Positions 45,396 to 58,932 of a stretch of 64,000 nucleotides of DNA are shown piece by piece. How positions within the stretch are numbered: position 1 is the stretch's first letter; each line of letters starts with the position of its first letter. Below the pieces are notes generated by a model that saw only the letters and a program-made list of their open reading frames with translations, did not search any database and was not told the DNA's origin. The position numbers and the translations under genes were made by a program. Origin of the DNA: Eledone cirrhosa. Its lineage: Eukaryota. Location: assembly GCA_964016885.1 (NCBI GenBank), contig OZ024740.1, positions 308,512,001 to 308,576,000 on the forward strand. Reading direction: 5' to 3'.

Positions 45396-45648
45396 TTTAT
45401 ATATATATATATCTCATCATCATCATCGATTAACGTCTATCTTACACGGTAGCATGGGTTAGACAGGTTTGTCCCATTTAGAGGCAAGTTGAGTCGGGTG
45501 ACCGTGTCTCTCTCGTTCATATAGGAGATTTTCTGGCTGGTTTTGTACTGCTGGATGCCCTTCCTAACGCCAACCACATTGACAGTGTGTGCTGGGTGCT
45601 TTTTGCCATGTCTTTTACATGTCCACTTTACAGTGTTGGCTGGGTGTT

Positions 45649-45724
<76 letters not shown>

Positions 45725-45898
45725 ATTGAACTCACAACCTTTCGATTGCAAGGCCAATGCTCTAACCACTAATTTCTCTTTCTCTGTATGTATATCTGTG
45801 TGTGTATATAAACATGTCTGTATGTATATATGTGTATATTTATGTACACACCTACTCACATATATATATCTACTATGCAAACATTTAATTGGTATGTG

Positions 45899-45930
<32 letters not shown>

Positions 45931-46267
45931 CCTATATGTATGCATGTGTGCATAATATGTATGTGTATATATGTGTGTGTATGAATATATGTGTATATTT
46001 ATGTACACACACTCATATATATATATATATATATGTACTATGCACATATTTAATTAGTGTATGTGTGTGTATGCAGGTGTGTCTGTATATGTGTGTGTAT
46101 ATATGTATTTGTGTATGTGTGTATATATGTGTGTGTTTGTGTGTCTGTGTGTGCGTGTGCCATATTGGAGATCAGATGACAAAAATCCTGTGTAATTTTG
46201 TAATTTTGTTACTGTCAAGTGGCCAGTAAGAGGTAAATTAATCTCCTTGCCTGAAGCCATCTGACCA

Positions 46268-46335
<68 letters not shown>

Positions 46336-46656
46336 GTGTGTGTGTGTGTTGGGAGAGAATTGTAATCTCTATTGTTATCTTGAAAAGGCTACTACAATGT
46401 ATGTATGTATGTATGTGTGTATGTATGTATGTATATGTGTGTATGTATGTGTATGTATGTATATATATATTATATATATATATATGTATGTGTGTATGTA
46501 TATATATATATATGTATGTGTGTATGTATATATATATATATATACATATATATGTGTATGTATGTATGTATATATATGTGTGTATGTATATATATATACA
46601 TATATATGTATGTGTATATGAATGTATGTGTGTATGTATGTATGTATATATGTGTG

Positions 46657-46701
<45 letters not shown>

Positions 46702-47207
46702 ATATGAATGTATGTGTGTATGTATATATATATGTATGTATGTGTGTTTGTATGTGTATATATATATATATATATACACATATATGTGTATGTTTGTATG
46801 TACATATGTGCCTGCATACAATTGTGTGTGTGTGTATGTATGTATGTATGTATGTATGTATGTATGTATGTATGAGATTATGTACATTAAGGAGAAGGAA
46901 GATGTTCAGATAACATGAACTTGTCATAGCATGATGTATATATCTGTTGTTTGTTGTGTGTGTGTATATAGGAGGAGACAGAAAGTGGAGATGGAAGAAT
47001 AGGCAGTGTGCGTATTAGCCAGCATCTTCTGCTATGACCATTTGTTCCACATCCTTTATAAAGACTCTACACCACTTGCCACCTTTCACTCTATTGTTAC
47101 AGACCTCTTTTGTTGATCTACTTACACTATATTACCTGGACAAGTGCCTTGTGCATTGTATGTATGTGTTTTGTCTATACATACATTACACATACTCACA
47201 TATGTAT

Positions 47208-47255
<48 letters not shown>

Positions 47256-49745
47256 TCATACACATGGACACACAGGCACATAAACACAAACACACACACA
47301 CACACACACACATACATAACAGGCATGGATCTTGCTGCATCAATATAAAATTCTCTGCACAACTGCATCAGACTTTGGGCAATGGTTGTAAAAATGAATG
47401 TGAGTGTGGAGAGAGAGAGAGAGAGAGAGAGCGCGAGTGTGTGTTGAAAGAAGAGTGAGATTGAAGTGAGAGTGAGTGTGTGTGTGTGTGGAAACAGAAA
47501 AACATGAGGAAATCGGTTTGGAATTAATGTATGTGCCTGTGTATAAAAGACAAGTTAACCTGACTGCATGTAATTGTGTGTCATCTAATTCCTCCAATTA
47601 TCTATTGTCCACTACTGTTCTATGAGATTCTATGTGGTCAACTGACCTATGAGAAATCTCAGTCGGTCACATGGCTAGAATACCATTGATCATAAATTTG
47701 CTCTATGATGACAGGCCTGGGTCTAAACAACAGCCACTGTTCCAATATTTCTATCAGCCATCATCACCATCATCACCACCCAGTCTCTATCATCCTCTAA
47801 CTTTGTTCCATATGATGTCCTCTGACTTATGATGTAGCAGAGTATATCTAAAAAACATTTTATCATAGCACTAGTACTAGTGACTTTGCTTTGGGATTCA
47901 CAAGACTAAAGGGAACTTACACATTTATTATGCATTATAGGTGCAGCGAAGCCTTAAGATTTTAAGTTATGGAAAATGAGTCACTTGACATTCCAATAAC
48001 AAATTAAAAAAATACCTCATATATATGTACTATATATGTGTGGTGTGCATGTATATAATTCACATGCTTTTGGTTGGTAATGGAAGTTGTTCTGGGTTGT
48101 GCTGTATGCATATGCCAAGATCATGAGAGCAAACTATATATATATATATATATATATCATTATTGTCATTTTAACGTCTGCTTTCCCTGCTAGCAAGGGT
48201 TGGACGGGTCTATTATAGGCCAAGCCACTGATCCCCCAAACAAGCAAGCCAGGGATCTGTGTGACGCTTGCTTGACACCTCTGTCCAGGTCTTCCTCGGT
48301 CTATCTCTACTGCAGCTTCCATCCACTAGCATTTCCTGGCACTTCTTCATCTATCGATCATCTTCCATGCCCATTACATGTCAATACCAACGCAATTTTC
48401 TCTCCTGCACACCACCTCAGATGTAGCAATATTTAGCTAGTGGTAACTTTCGACTAAAGTCTTGCAAAGACCTCTTTAATTATTGCATTAGAGTTTTAAG
48501 TTTGACTGACTTAACCGAAGTTTCTCATGGCACACCTAATTGTACAAGTACAACTTTTAGCTTCCACTTAAAGACTTCTTGAGACCCTCTTGAAAGGTTG
48601 AGAGGTCTGTAAAAACATCTAAGTCTCTGCAAACAATGCAGATTAATGGGTTAGGTTCTGAACTTTTGTTATCTTTGAGAGGACAGTTTAATCATTGTAG
48701 ACTTGCATAACACTCTGTAGTTTGAGTATTTCTGTGACAGGCAGTTACAGAAGTTAGCATTAAGAAGACATTTTTAAAATGTTTTAAGTGTCGTTTAGAG
48801 TATAGTTTTTGTTTCACAACTCCATTACATAATATTTTACCAATTTACAACTGTTTTGAGGGTCATATTCATTCAAAACGTGTAAAAAAAAAACTATAGG
48901 TAAAACAGGTGTCACCTCCAAAGTAAAACTGGTGTAATATTCACCTCCAAAGCGAAAATATTTTAGCACCTCATTTGTGTAGAATTTAAAGTTAGTGAAA
49001 ATCGGCCAAATTTTGACCTTGAATACAATCTACCCATTTCCCATTTTAACATCTATTTTTTTTTTTGTCACATATTTCTCAGCTTCTACAAGATGAGTAT
49101 ATTCATCATCATTTTACGTCTGCTTTTCCCTGCTTGCAAGGGTAGGACGGGTCTTATTAAGCACGGAATCTTTCCATTCATCACAGTCCTTTGTCATCTC
49201 CTCTGATCGCTTCAGCGATCTGAGGTCTGCTCTCACCACCTCTGCCCATGTTTTCCATGATCTTCATCGACTGCGTCTTATTTCTACTGGGATTTCTTGG
49301 CACTTCTTTACCCAGTGGTCATCCTCCATGGCATCATATGTCCATACTAATGCAGTCTTCTCTCTCATACACTACAGTCTATCTCTCTTATACACAGTTT
49401 TTCTCTCAACTCGTCTATGCTTGGTCGTTCATGCACATTGACATTGCACATCCAACGGAGCATGCTTGCTTCATTTCTCTCCAGCCTTCGCATATCTGCC
49501 ACAGTTGCTGCCCATGTCTCACTACATAGTACATTACTAGAAATCCCATACGTTTTAAAACAAATAGGATGTGTTTAGGTCTCTATGTAAACTTAATGAC
49601 TAATTCTGGTTTTTAAAAATATCAATGAAGACAACATAGAAAAATAACCTATTTTCAAATCCAACCCCCAAGCTCTGCCTGCTTATTCCACCCCACCCTC
49701 GCTTATTCTACCCCCCACCTAACTGTTTTAAAATGGTTTCCACCA

Positions 49746-50089
49746 ATCATCATCATCATCATCATTTTACGTCCGCTTTTTCCCTGCTTGCAAGGGTGGG
49801 ACGGGAACTGATTCTGGCTTGATTTCTACAGCTGGATGCCCTTCCTAACACCAACCTCATTTACAGTGAGTGCTGAGTGCTTTTTTTTCCATGGCACCTC
49901 CACAACCACTTTGTAGTGGAATAATAGGGACCCCAGTCCCTATCATCTCATTTCTACAGCTGAGTAAACTGGAGCAATGTGAAATAAAGTGTCTTGCTCA
50001 AGGAAACAACACATCACCCGGTCTGAGAATTGAACTCACAACCTTTCGATTGCAAGGTCAATGCTCTAACCACTAAGCCATGTGCCTCC
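49746..50089 (-). mobile_element. Full-length tRNA-CORE-like SINE with RTE tail
   Basis: Reverse complement of 52604-52943 with few mismatches, and a (GAT)n tail. Confidence 0.9.
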
Positions 50090-51080
50090 ATGATAGTAAT
50101 TCATCTGATAGTAATTCATCTGAAAGATTGAATCAAATAGTTAGACTCTGTTTTATGTTTTACTTCAGTTACATTGACCTTCTTTTCCACATTCTTTTCT
50201 CACAATTCTTGTTTTCTATAAGTAACTGATAAATACTTTGATGACATTATTATGGATTGGGCAGTGGATTGGCAGTATTGGTAGAGCGTCAGACACTATG
50301 CTTTGCTGCAGAGAGTTATGGCCCTTTACGTTCTGAGTTCAAATCCCATCGAGGTTAACTTTTGCCTTTCATCCTTACGGGGGGGTGGGGGGGGGGGGGG
50401 CGATAAAATAAAGCACCATTAACGTACTGGGCTAATTGCTGGCCTTGTGTCAAAAGTAGAAACAATTATTATGATGACTAGATGAGGGCGATGTCTTCTC
50501 CCTCTTTCTGCCCCCCCCCCCCCACACACACTCTCTCTCTTTCTCTGTCTAAACAATTTTTCTCTGTACCTATATACATATCTCTTGCTTGGCGCACCCC
50601 CTCTCTCTATATAGATGGGGGCAACGTCATAACTTTCTGTATATCTACCTCTTTCTATCACCTTGAAAACACATGGCGTTCCTATTTCTCTATCTATGTA
50701 CATATCTTTTGCTTGGTGCTCCCCCTCTCTATATAAAGTGAGCGTGACAGATGGAGGGACAGACAGACAGACAGTGCTCTTATAATATAGATTACAATTA
50801 TGGGTTGGTCAGTTAAGGCCATTGACATCTCTCCCTTGCAATATATTTTATATATTTTGGTGTAAATAAAAAAATAAAAAATATCTGACATTACGCATGA
50901 GGCTTTAACTTCAAATAAAAGAAGACCTGTCCAATGTGTCTAGCTATTTTTAAGATGGCAAAGTGTGATTTGATTTTGGCTGTTATTTCTAGCCAGATTT
51001 ATAGTTAATTTAGTTTGTGACAATAAACATCTTGCTAGATATCTTAATTTTGTCTTATTTCCAGTCTATTTGCTGATTAA

Positions 51081-51300
51081 CCCTTTAGCATTTACATTAC
51101 TCTATATATATACTGCTGTATTTTTGTGGTAAAGGCTTTATCTTACATAATTATCACACATAATATTGAATCTATGAGATTGGGAGGTTATTTATTTTGA
51201 GAACCATACCTTAATGTAGGTATGAGCAGGCAGTTACAGTCAGTTTGAACAGAAAGAGAGAGAGTTCTGGCCGGATATGGCCGGTTTAAATGCTAAAGGG
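51081..51300 (+). mobile_element. piggyBac-type MITE
   Basis: TTAA|CCCTTTAGCATTTA ... TAAATGCTAAAGGG|TTAA. Confidence 0.9.
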
Positions 51301-51363
51301 TTAAAATAATGTGTATCATGAAACCAGGGGTAAGTTTTGGTAGTTTGGTATCAAATGAGTTAA

Positions 51364-51560
51364 CTCTTTTGCATTTAAAACGGCCATATCAGGCCAGAAT
51401 TCCCTCACCTCTTCCTGTTCAATCGGTCGCTCATACCAATGTTAAGGTACTGTTCTCAAAATAATTAACATCAAAACCTTGTAGCTTCGATATTATATGA
51501 GATAAAGCCTTTACCATGTAAATACAATAGTAAATATAGAGTAATGTAAATGCTAAAGGG
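51364..51560 (-). mobile_element. piggyBac-type MITE, same family, inverted
   Basis: TTAA|CtCTTTtGCATTTA ... TAAATGCTAAAGGG|TTAA. The body is the reverse complement of 51081-51300. Confidence 0.88.
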
Positions 51561-52603
51561 TTAAATTACCATCCTGCCTAGGTTATTCAGCCAAAGAAAC
51601 CATGCAGTAACTCCAAATATGAGTAAATGTAAAATGGTGATGAGAAAGGAAGGAGTGCTGAGTGGAGTATCTCTATGTGCTCCTGTGTGGAGAGTAACAG
51701 GGGCAGAGCCAAAGCAAGATTATCTGATACCAGCTAACCATGAATGTTATGTTAGTGTTGATCCACACTATCCATGCAAGAATATCATTACCACTACAAT
51801 AAACATTATTACTACTACCACCACCACTGCCAACTACTCCTACCACCGCCAACACTGCTGTTGCTACAAATTACCACTCCTCATCTTTCTTGATTTCATA
51901 AACAATCATGATGAAACAGCTAACAATATGATTTCCTTGTCAGTTTAAGAGGAAATTTGTAGATTTACAAGTGTTCATGATATACAACAGACCTTCCTAA
52001 AGCTTCACTGTTACAAATTTAACAGAGTTAATTCTTTATACAAATACCGTAATCTCAATTCCATACATCTTGCTTTGCTCTGTCTCTATGAATTAGATTT
52101 AAGATTTGATTATAACTGTTGCTGATGGATTTGTTCTTTGACCCTTTGAACATGAGCAGCTGAACTACCAGCTACTACAGTCTAGCATCCTTAATATGAA
52201 CAACTCATCTATCTGCCACCAAGTGATCTATCTAGTTTATAAAGAAATAAGCGACCTCCTGACCAATTAAAAGTTTTGTTTCATATTATGTATGGCTCAT
52301 AAGATCACAGAAAGTACAGTATGTCTATGTTTACAGGCATAAAACATTTACAGGCATAAAACAATCTTTTTTTTTCTAATTTGGTTCAGAAACCTAGTGT
52401 AGAAGTTGCAAACTATTCAGAAGATCAACAGTTAAAGGTTTAATTCTTAACATCCTGTACCACATGAAACCACATTAGCAAGACATTCCTGAAAAGTACA
52501 AAACAGCACTATGACTACATCACATAGAAAATTGAAAAATTTCTAAACATTCTGTCCACAAGTAAATATATTTTATACATTTGAATTAACAGACCTGTTA
52601 TCA

Positions 52604-52943
52604 GGAGGCACATGGCTTAGTGGTTAGAGCATTGGCCTTGCAATCGAAAGGTTGTGAGTTCAATTCTCAGACTGGGTGATGTGTTGTTTCCTTGAGCAAG
52701 ACACTTTATTTCACATTGCTCCAGTTTACTCAGCTGTAGAAATGAGATGATAGGGACTGGGGTCCCTATCATTCCACTCCAAAGTGGTCATGGAGGTGCC
52801 ACGGCAAAAAAACACCCAGCACTCACTGTAAATGAAGTTGGTGTTAGGAAGGGCATCCAAGCTGTAGAAATCAAGCCAGAATCAGTTCCCGTCCCACCCT
52901 TGCAAGCAGGGAAAAAGCAGACGTAAAATGAAATGATGATGAT
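52604..52943 (+). mobile_element. Full-length tRNA-derived SINE (A box, B box, CORE-like domain, RTE 3' tail)
   Basis: A box TGGCTTAGTGG and B box GAGTTCAATTC, then ccttgagcaagacactt. The 3' part (ctgtaaatg..gttggtgttaggaagggcatcc...gacgt.aaa (GAT)n) matches the RTE 3' UTR at 55450-55700. Confidence 0.9.
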
Positions 52944-53172
52944 CAGATATATTCTGCTAAATCACTGCAAGGTGTTAAGAATTAATAATAATAATTTAAA
53001 AAATCTGTTATTGGGGTTCATATGCCCTGATATTAGACTATTTTCTGTTAATATATAATGAAAGCTTCTGATTCTATTTTCTATATATATGTATATACTA
53101 TCATCAGCATTGTTTCACTGTCACTTTTACATCTGCTTTTCCTTGCTGGTATATATATGTATATATATATAT

Positions 53173-55224
53173 AACAGTAAGGTGGAGGAGTCAATTAAGT
53201 CCAAAAAGCAGGCTTGGAAAGTATGGCGGGATGGGGGAAGTAGAGAAGACTATCAAGTGGCCAGGAGGGAAGCTAGGAGACAAGTGTACTTCGCAAGAAG
53301 GGAAGCAGAGGAAAGAAAGTTCAAGCATGTTCTACAACGTGAGGACCAAAAGCGTGAGGTGTTCAGGATTGCTAGGCAATGTGTCAAGGAAAACCGTGAT
53401 ATTGTCGGGGAGAAGTGTGTACTTAATGATGATGGTATACTTGTCATTACTGACGCTGATAAGAAGGTAGCTTGGAAGTGTCACTACGAAAGGCTACTAA
53501 ATGAGGAGAACAAATGGGAGAAAGACAGTCTCCCCCACATCGACCCAATAGAGGGACCAGCAGTGTTAGTCGAAGGTAGTATAATAAGTAAGGCAATCAA
53601 AGATATGAAGACGGGTAAGGCGGCTGGGCCTTCGGAAATAGTTGCTGAGATGCTGAAAGCCTCTGGAACGGTGGGACACACCATGGTCACCCGGATAGTA
53701 AACCAAGTCATACAGAATGGGGTTGTTCCGAAGGACTGGCATAGCAGCATCATCATTAACTGTTACAAGGATAAAGGAGATGCCCTAGATAGGTGTAACT
53801 ATAGAGGCATTAAATTAATCGACCAGGTCATGAAGGTCACGGAAAAAGTAATAGCGCAACTAATCAGAGAGAGAATTGATCTAGATGAAATGCAGTTCGG
53901 GTTTGTGTCAGGCAAAAGTACCACAGACGCTCTTTTCATTGTACGACAACTACAGGAGAAGTACCTAGCTAAAAGTAAACCCCTATACTTAGCTTTTGTT
54001 GACTTGGAGAAAGCCTTCGACAGAGTCCCCCGTTCCATTATCTGGTGGGCTCTTAGAAAACTAGGTGTTGATGAATGGCTTGTGAGGGCTATACAAGCCA
54101 TGTATAAAGAAACAGTCAGCAAGGTTAAAATTAACAACGAATATAGTGAAGAGTTTAGCGTAAAAGTTGGTGTCCATCAGGGCTCTGTTCTTAGCCCCCT
54201 ACTATTTATTATTGCCCTTCAGGCTATAACAGAGGAGTTCAAGACCGGCTGCCCATGGGAACTCCTATACGCAGATGATCTAACGCTCATAGCTGAATCA
54301 ATGACCGAGCTAGAGAAGAAATTCCAAACATGGAAGCACGGCCTAGAATCAAAAGGCCTTAAAATTAACCTGGCTAAGACTAAAGTTCTAGTTTGTAGGA
54401 AAGAAAATAAGGCGGCGGTCCCTTCCGGGAAATGGCCATGCTCAGTGTGTAGGAAAGGCGTAGGTAGAAACTCCATTTTATGTCCCAAATGCAAAGTATG
54501 GGTGCATAAAAGATGTAGTGGGATCACAGGTAAGCTAACTAAGAACATAGATTTTACATGTGGCCGGTGCTCTGGTGCAATAAGTAGCAGCAAGTGCCCA
54601 TAAAATACTAGCTCTTTCAATTGCGCAGAGGGTTCTATAGAAATAGTGGACAGCTTCCGTTACCTGGGTGACAAAATCAGCAGTGGGGGAGGGTGCTCTG
54701 AAAGTACAGTAGCTAGAGTCAGAACTGGATGGAAAAAGTTCAGAGAGCTTATACCACTATTAGCCGCTAAAGGGTTCTCCCTAAAAATGAAAGGCAGGTT
54801 ATATGATGCCTGCATACGAACAGCAATGCTGCATGGCAGTGAGACCTGGGCATTGTGTGCAGAGGATATACACAGGCTAGAGAGGAACAAAGCTTGCATG
54901 CTCCGCTGGATGTGCAATAGTAATATACGTGAACGGCTAAGCATAAACGAACTAAGGAAAAAATTAGAAATAAGAGGGATCAGATGTTGTTTACTCGAGA
55001 GAAGGCTACGTTGGTATGGTCACGTGATGCGCATGAAAGACGACAGCTGTATAACAAAGTGCAGGGCAATAAAGATAGACGGTATCCACGGAGTAGGCAG
55101 ACCCAGAAAAACCTGGGACGACATGATAAATTCCGACCTCACACGCTTACACCTCTCCAAGACAATGTCACTGGACCGAGACCTTTGGCGGTACTCAGTA
55201 ATAGAGAAGACCCGCCTTACCTAA
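53173..55224 (+). pseudogene. RTE ORF: reverse transcriptase, PHD-type finger and C-terminal domain, with one in-frame stop
   Basis: Motifs NYRGIKL, QFGF, FVDLEKAFD, GVHQGSVLSPLLF and YADD (54268-54279). ORFs 53089-54603 and 54646-55224 are in the same frame, separated only by TAA at 54601-54603. Confidence 0.95.
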
Positions 55225-55698
55225 ATACAAAGTAAAACCTACTACAGTCAGTAGGCATCTCTATCAAAACACACCCCCGTCCCACCACCCCCACCCCATC
55301 CACACCGCCCCTTTCAATGTAAAGTTATGTTGGTGCCACAACATCCAGGCCGAAACAAATGAGATCGTGTAGGTGTCACGACAAAAAACACACAGTCCAC
55401 GCTGTAATGTGGCCGTGTAGGCAACACGGTAAAAACCTCCCAGCCCCACACTGTAAATGTGGTTGGTGTTAGGAAGGGCATCCAGCTGTAGAAAACCCGC
55501 CAGACAGTCCACGCTGTAATGTGGCCGTGTAGGCAACACGGTAAAAACCTCCCAGCCCCACACTGTAAATGTGGTTGGTGTTAGGAAGGGCATCCAGCTG
55601 TAGAAAACCCGCCAGACAATCACTCTTGCCTCAAGTGGGAAAACCCCCATCCAAACCCATGCAAGCGTGGAACACGGACGTTAAACGTTGATGATGAT
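53174..55698 (+). mobile_element. 5'-truncated RTE-clade LINE inserted in (TA)n
   Basis: RT ORF plus C-terminal domain plus a 3' UTR ending ggacgttaaacgtt(GAT)n. (TA)n-AA flanks on both sides. The APE endonuclease is missing. Confidence 0.95.
55392..55617 (+). repeat. Apparently perfect 112-bp tandem duplication in the RTE 3' UTR
   Basis: Units start at 55392 and 55504 (acagtccacgctgtaatgtggcc...gaaaacccgccag). Confidence 0.9.
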
Positions 55699-58326
55699 AT
55701 ATATATATAAGACATGCATATGCTGGAGAGAAATGAAGCAACCATACTTTGTTGGATATGCAATGTAAATGTGAGAGAAAGGCAAAGCTTGGATGAACTG
55801 AGGGAGAAACTGAATTTAAGAAGAATCCGAAGTGGTGTTGGTATGGACATGTGATGTGTATGTATGATGATCGCTAGGTGAAGACGTGCCAGGAAATCCT
55901 AGTGGTGAGGGAAATATTCTGCAACAGTCTCTCCAATTTGCAGGGTTCACACTTGCAGGTAGCCAACTCCCTTAGCAGTGAGTAGCAATGTGGTCTGGGG
56001 GCCAATAATGCTGGAAGTTTCCACTGTTACAGGCTCGACCACAAACCTATTACAGAATGGCCAATACTTTGACAGTTTGCCCTGATGAGCAGTGAATCCT
56101 AGTGATATTTTTAGTGACATACATGAAAAGAATATGCTGACCGAATGAACAAATCTCTTACATTGCTGTTGACTATTTATAAACTAATTTAAATTTCTTT
56201 TAGATTTGCAAAGAACACAGACTTGATAACACCACTGTGTCATATTAATTAGCTAAGTAATTATAAAGTAGGGGTAGTGATGATAATGAGACTTTTTAAC
56301 ATAAGCTAATGTATTATCTGCTTAACCTTTCTTAGGTTCAAATCAACTGGCTGTAAGCCAAAATTCATTTAAAATACAATCATTTTTCTTTTATATGATC
56401 CCCCTTCCCTCAGAAGAATTTAGAGTTCTAATGATATTATGATTATTGGTTCAAACCATATCTATACCAATGTTTGTGTTATTGCCCTCAGTAAGTTACA
56501 CAATTCTACTTAGTCTGGCTATGCCATACAAGTTCCAGTCATATTTCAGTGAGCTAACTTCTAAGTCATTTTTCAATGAACCTTCATTAGCTGCATTCTT
56601 CAGTGAACTTCCTTCTTATGTTATCTTCCCGTGAATCTATTCCTCTCATAAAACAGAAGGAAATTCAAATTCAGGTGGATGTTCCTCTGAACTAGCTAGG
56701 TGCATGCCCTCTTCACTCAGGCTCATCCAACCTATCCAACTTTTCTTTTCTTGTTACTTTTACTGTGGCTTGTCCTATCTTTCAGTAACCCTTCAGTAAC
56801 AGTCTAATTATACAAAGTCTTTCCTTGAACACTATGACTTAAATTCAATTTCCAAGTGAGGCTTTTAGCTACAAGCATCTTAACAGTCTTCAGTATCTTT
56901 TAAAACCCTTTTCTATCAATTATTATTAAATGATGTTAATTCAGGATTAACCTCAGTCGCACTAAGTCCTAACTCTTCTCTTCTACTATGGAACCACCAA
57001 CCTGCTTTAATGCAATCAATAAATGAAGTTATTCATGATAATTGAACCAAAAATCAAACCCCAGACCAAGTCCTAACTCCTTTACTTTTCTGTGGAACTG
57101 TCAACCTATTTTCTTTGAATCAATAACTGGAGGTATTCAGAATTGAACCTAACAACCAACAAGTTCTAACTCCTTCATCAACCTATTTACTTGGGAATCA
57201 ATAACTGGGAAAATTTAATTACATTAAGTGAAATATGGTTGTTGTCTTACTAAGTGAGTTGGTGGTGCAGTTTAGGTAGAAATGCTGTTTCTTTCAATTT
57301 AGAATATTCTGCAGTCAATACACAATAGAATGTGTATTGGGAGAGAAAAATGGCTGCTTCTGACAAGCATTCAGCTAAAATTGTATCTCAGTAATGTCAA
57401 GAAAATTCCTTTAAATGCATTTTACATATATTTTTGTATTTTTACATTCATTTTCTTCACGCTAAGCTTGATATTTTCTTAATTTAATTAATCTAAGACA
57501 GTAGGGCAGTACCCATGGCTATTTTATACTTTTTAGGCCTTCTTTGTCTGGAGAAGCAGAAGGTCTGAGTGGATGTGTTATTAAACTACTTGTTTGTATG
57601 TGTTGAGTTGAAATCCATGTAGGTATTTTGTTGTATATTAAAGCAGTATAATTTTGCCTCAGTTTACTTATGTGTTGGCAATGAACATCATATCTTCAGG
57701 GAGAGTTACTGACATGAAGGCACACTGACATAGGGAAGATTTATCTTATTTACTTAATCTCATGAAACTGGAGTTAAGCGCTGCCTTTTAAAAGGCCTTC
57801 AGGGAGTTTTAGTGACATTTGGTCCCAATTTTTCACTGTCACCTAGAGATTCTATATAAATGAATTGTTAATATTAGAGAAATTTTAATTGTTTTAAATT
57901 CAAAGTTTAAGGAAACAGAAACACATGAGCAGGAAGTGTTGGGTAATAGTGGTGGTAATGGTGATGGAGAAGTTAAGATAGGGTTTGAAACAAGCAGATG
58001 ATGATGGTTCAAGTGGTAGTAATGTTTTGTATTAATTTAATACTCATGATTTTTGTATGTCCTCTCAGAATGGTGGGATCAATGCAGTTGATGCAAGTTG
58101 ACATCTACAAGAAAAACATGGGCATGAGAAAAAATTCTAAAATGCTGAAATTCTGAAAAGAATCTTCTGGAAAATGCATGGGATCTGGGAGCTGAGACAC
58201 TGAAAGATACACATGTGTGTCTGGTGAGCTGGGCTAGAGTATATATGCAATTAACTAGTTCAGAAGAATAAAGGCTGTTGTAGTGGCCATAGAAGAGGTA
58301 GAGAGAATAAACACATTTGTAAACCA

Positions 58327-58655
58327 GCACACAGCCATATCATGCTGTAAACACTGCTTCACATTATCACTGAAGTTAAGCAGCATTTAGCTTGGTTAGT
58401 ACTTAGATGGGCAACCAATTGAGAAATCTAGGTGCTGTAACTGAGTCATCAAAAGAGCCTTTGTGCAGTCGCTTGACCTGCTAGAAATAGCAGCTAAATT
58501 TCCCTGAAATTGCACTTTGCCATCTTATAGAAGAACAAGACATATTCGATGTTGTACTCTTACACATACTAGAGAAGACATGACAGTCATGGTTGGAATA
58601 CCTTAAATCATAGGTCTGCTCAATTAGGGGTCACCTAGAGTTAAATAACAACAGT
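58327..58655 (+). mobile_element. 5S-rRNA-derived SINE (SINE3-like): decayed 5S head 58327-58442 fused to the repeat body seen near exon 1
   Basis: acagccatatcatgctg...atcactgaagttaagca...ggttagtacttagatggg...ggtgctgta matches metazoan 5S rRNA including the internal control region. It runs directly into gcttgacctgctagaaatagcagc...gttaaataacaac. Confidence 0.8.
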
Positions 58656-58932
58656 AACTAGTGATTGTAATTCATTAGTACGTGAATCTTTTCCAACCTG
58701 TCAAATGCTTTCTTTTTTATGTAGTCAAATATCTTCATGAGTGCATAATGGTAGCATGTCCTATATATGTGAGTAATATTCAATGTCTTTGAACTTTTTA
58801 GTGTATCAGCAAGTGATCAGGGCTGAAATATTTTCTAATTCTGGTGAGGCAGCTTCACCTACTGAGATGAGGTTTAGGCAATGTAATATATGTAGAGTGA
58901 CCATGAGAAGTCATCAGAGAGTCCATTTAGAG

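Noticed and set aside
52604-52675. tRNA gene
   Set aside because: It has A and B boxes but continues into a SINE body present in several copies.
53089-53172. N-terminus of the 504-aa ORF as a true start
   Set aside because: It is flanking DNA and TA repeat in frame with a 5'-truncated LINE.
56082-56100. CTGATGAG as a hammerhead core
   Set aside because: No stem II or GAAA follows.
58327-58442. Functional 5S rRNA gene
   Set aside because: It has many substitutions, no oligo-T terminator, is not in a tandem array and is fused to a repeat body.
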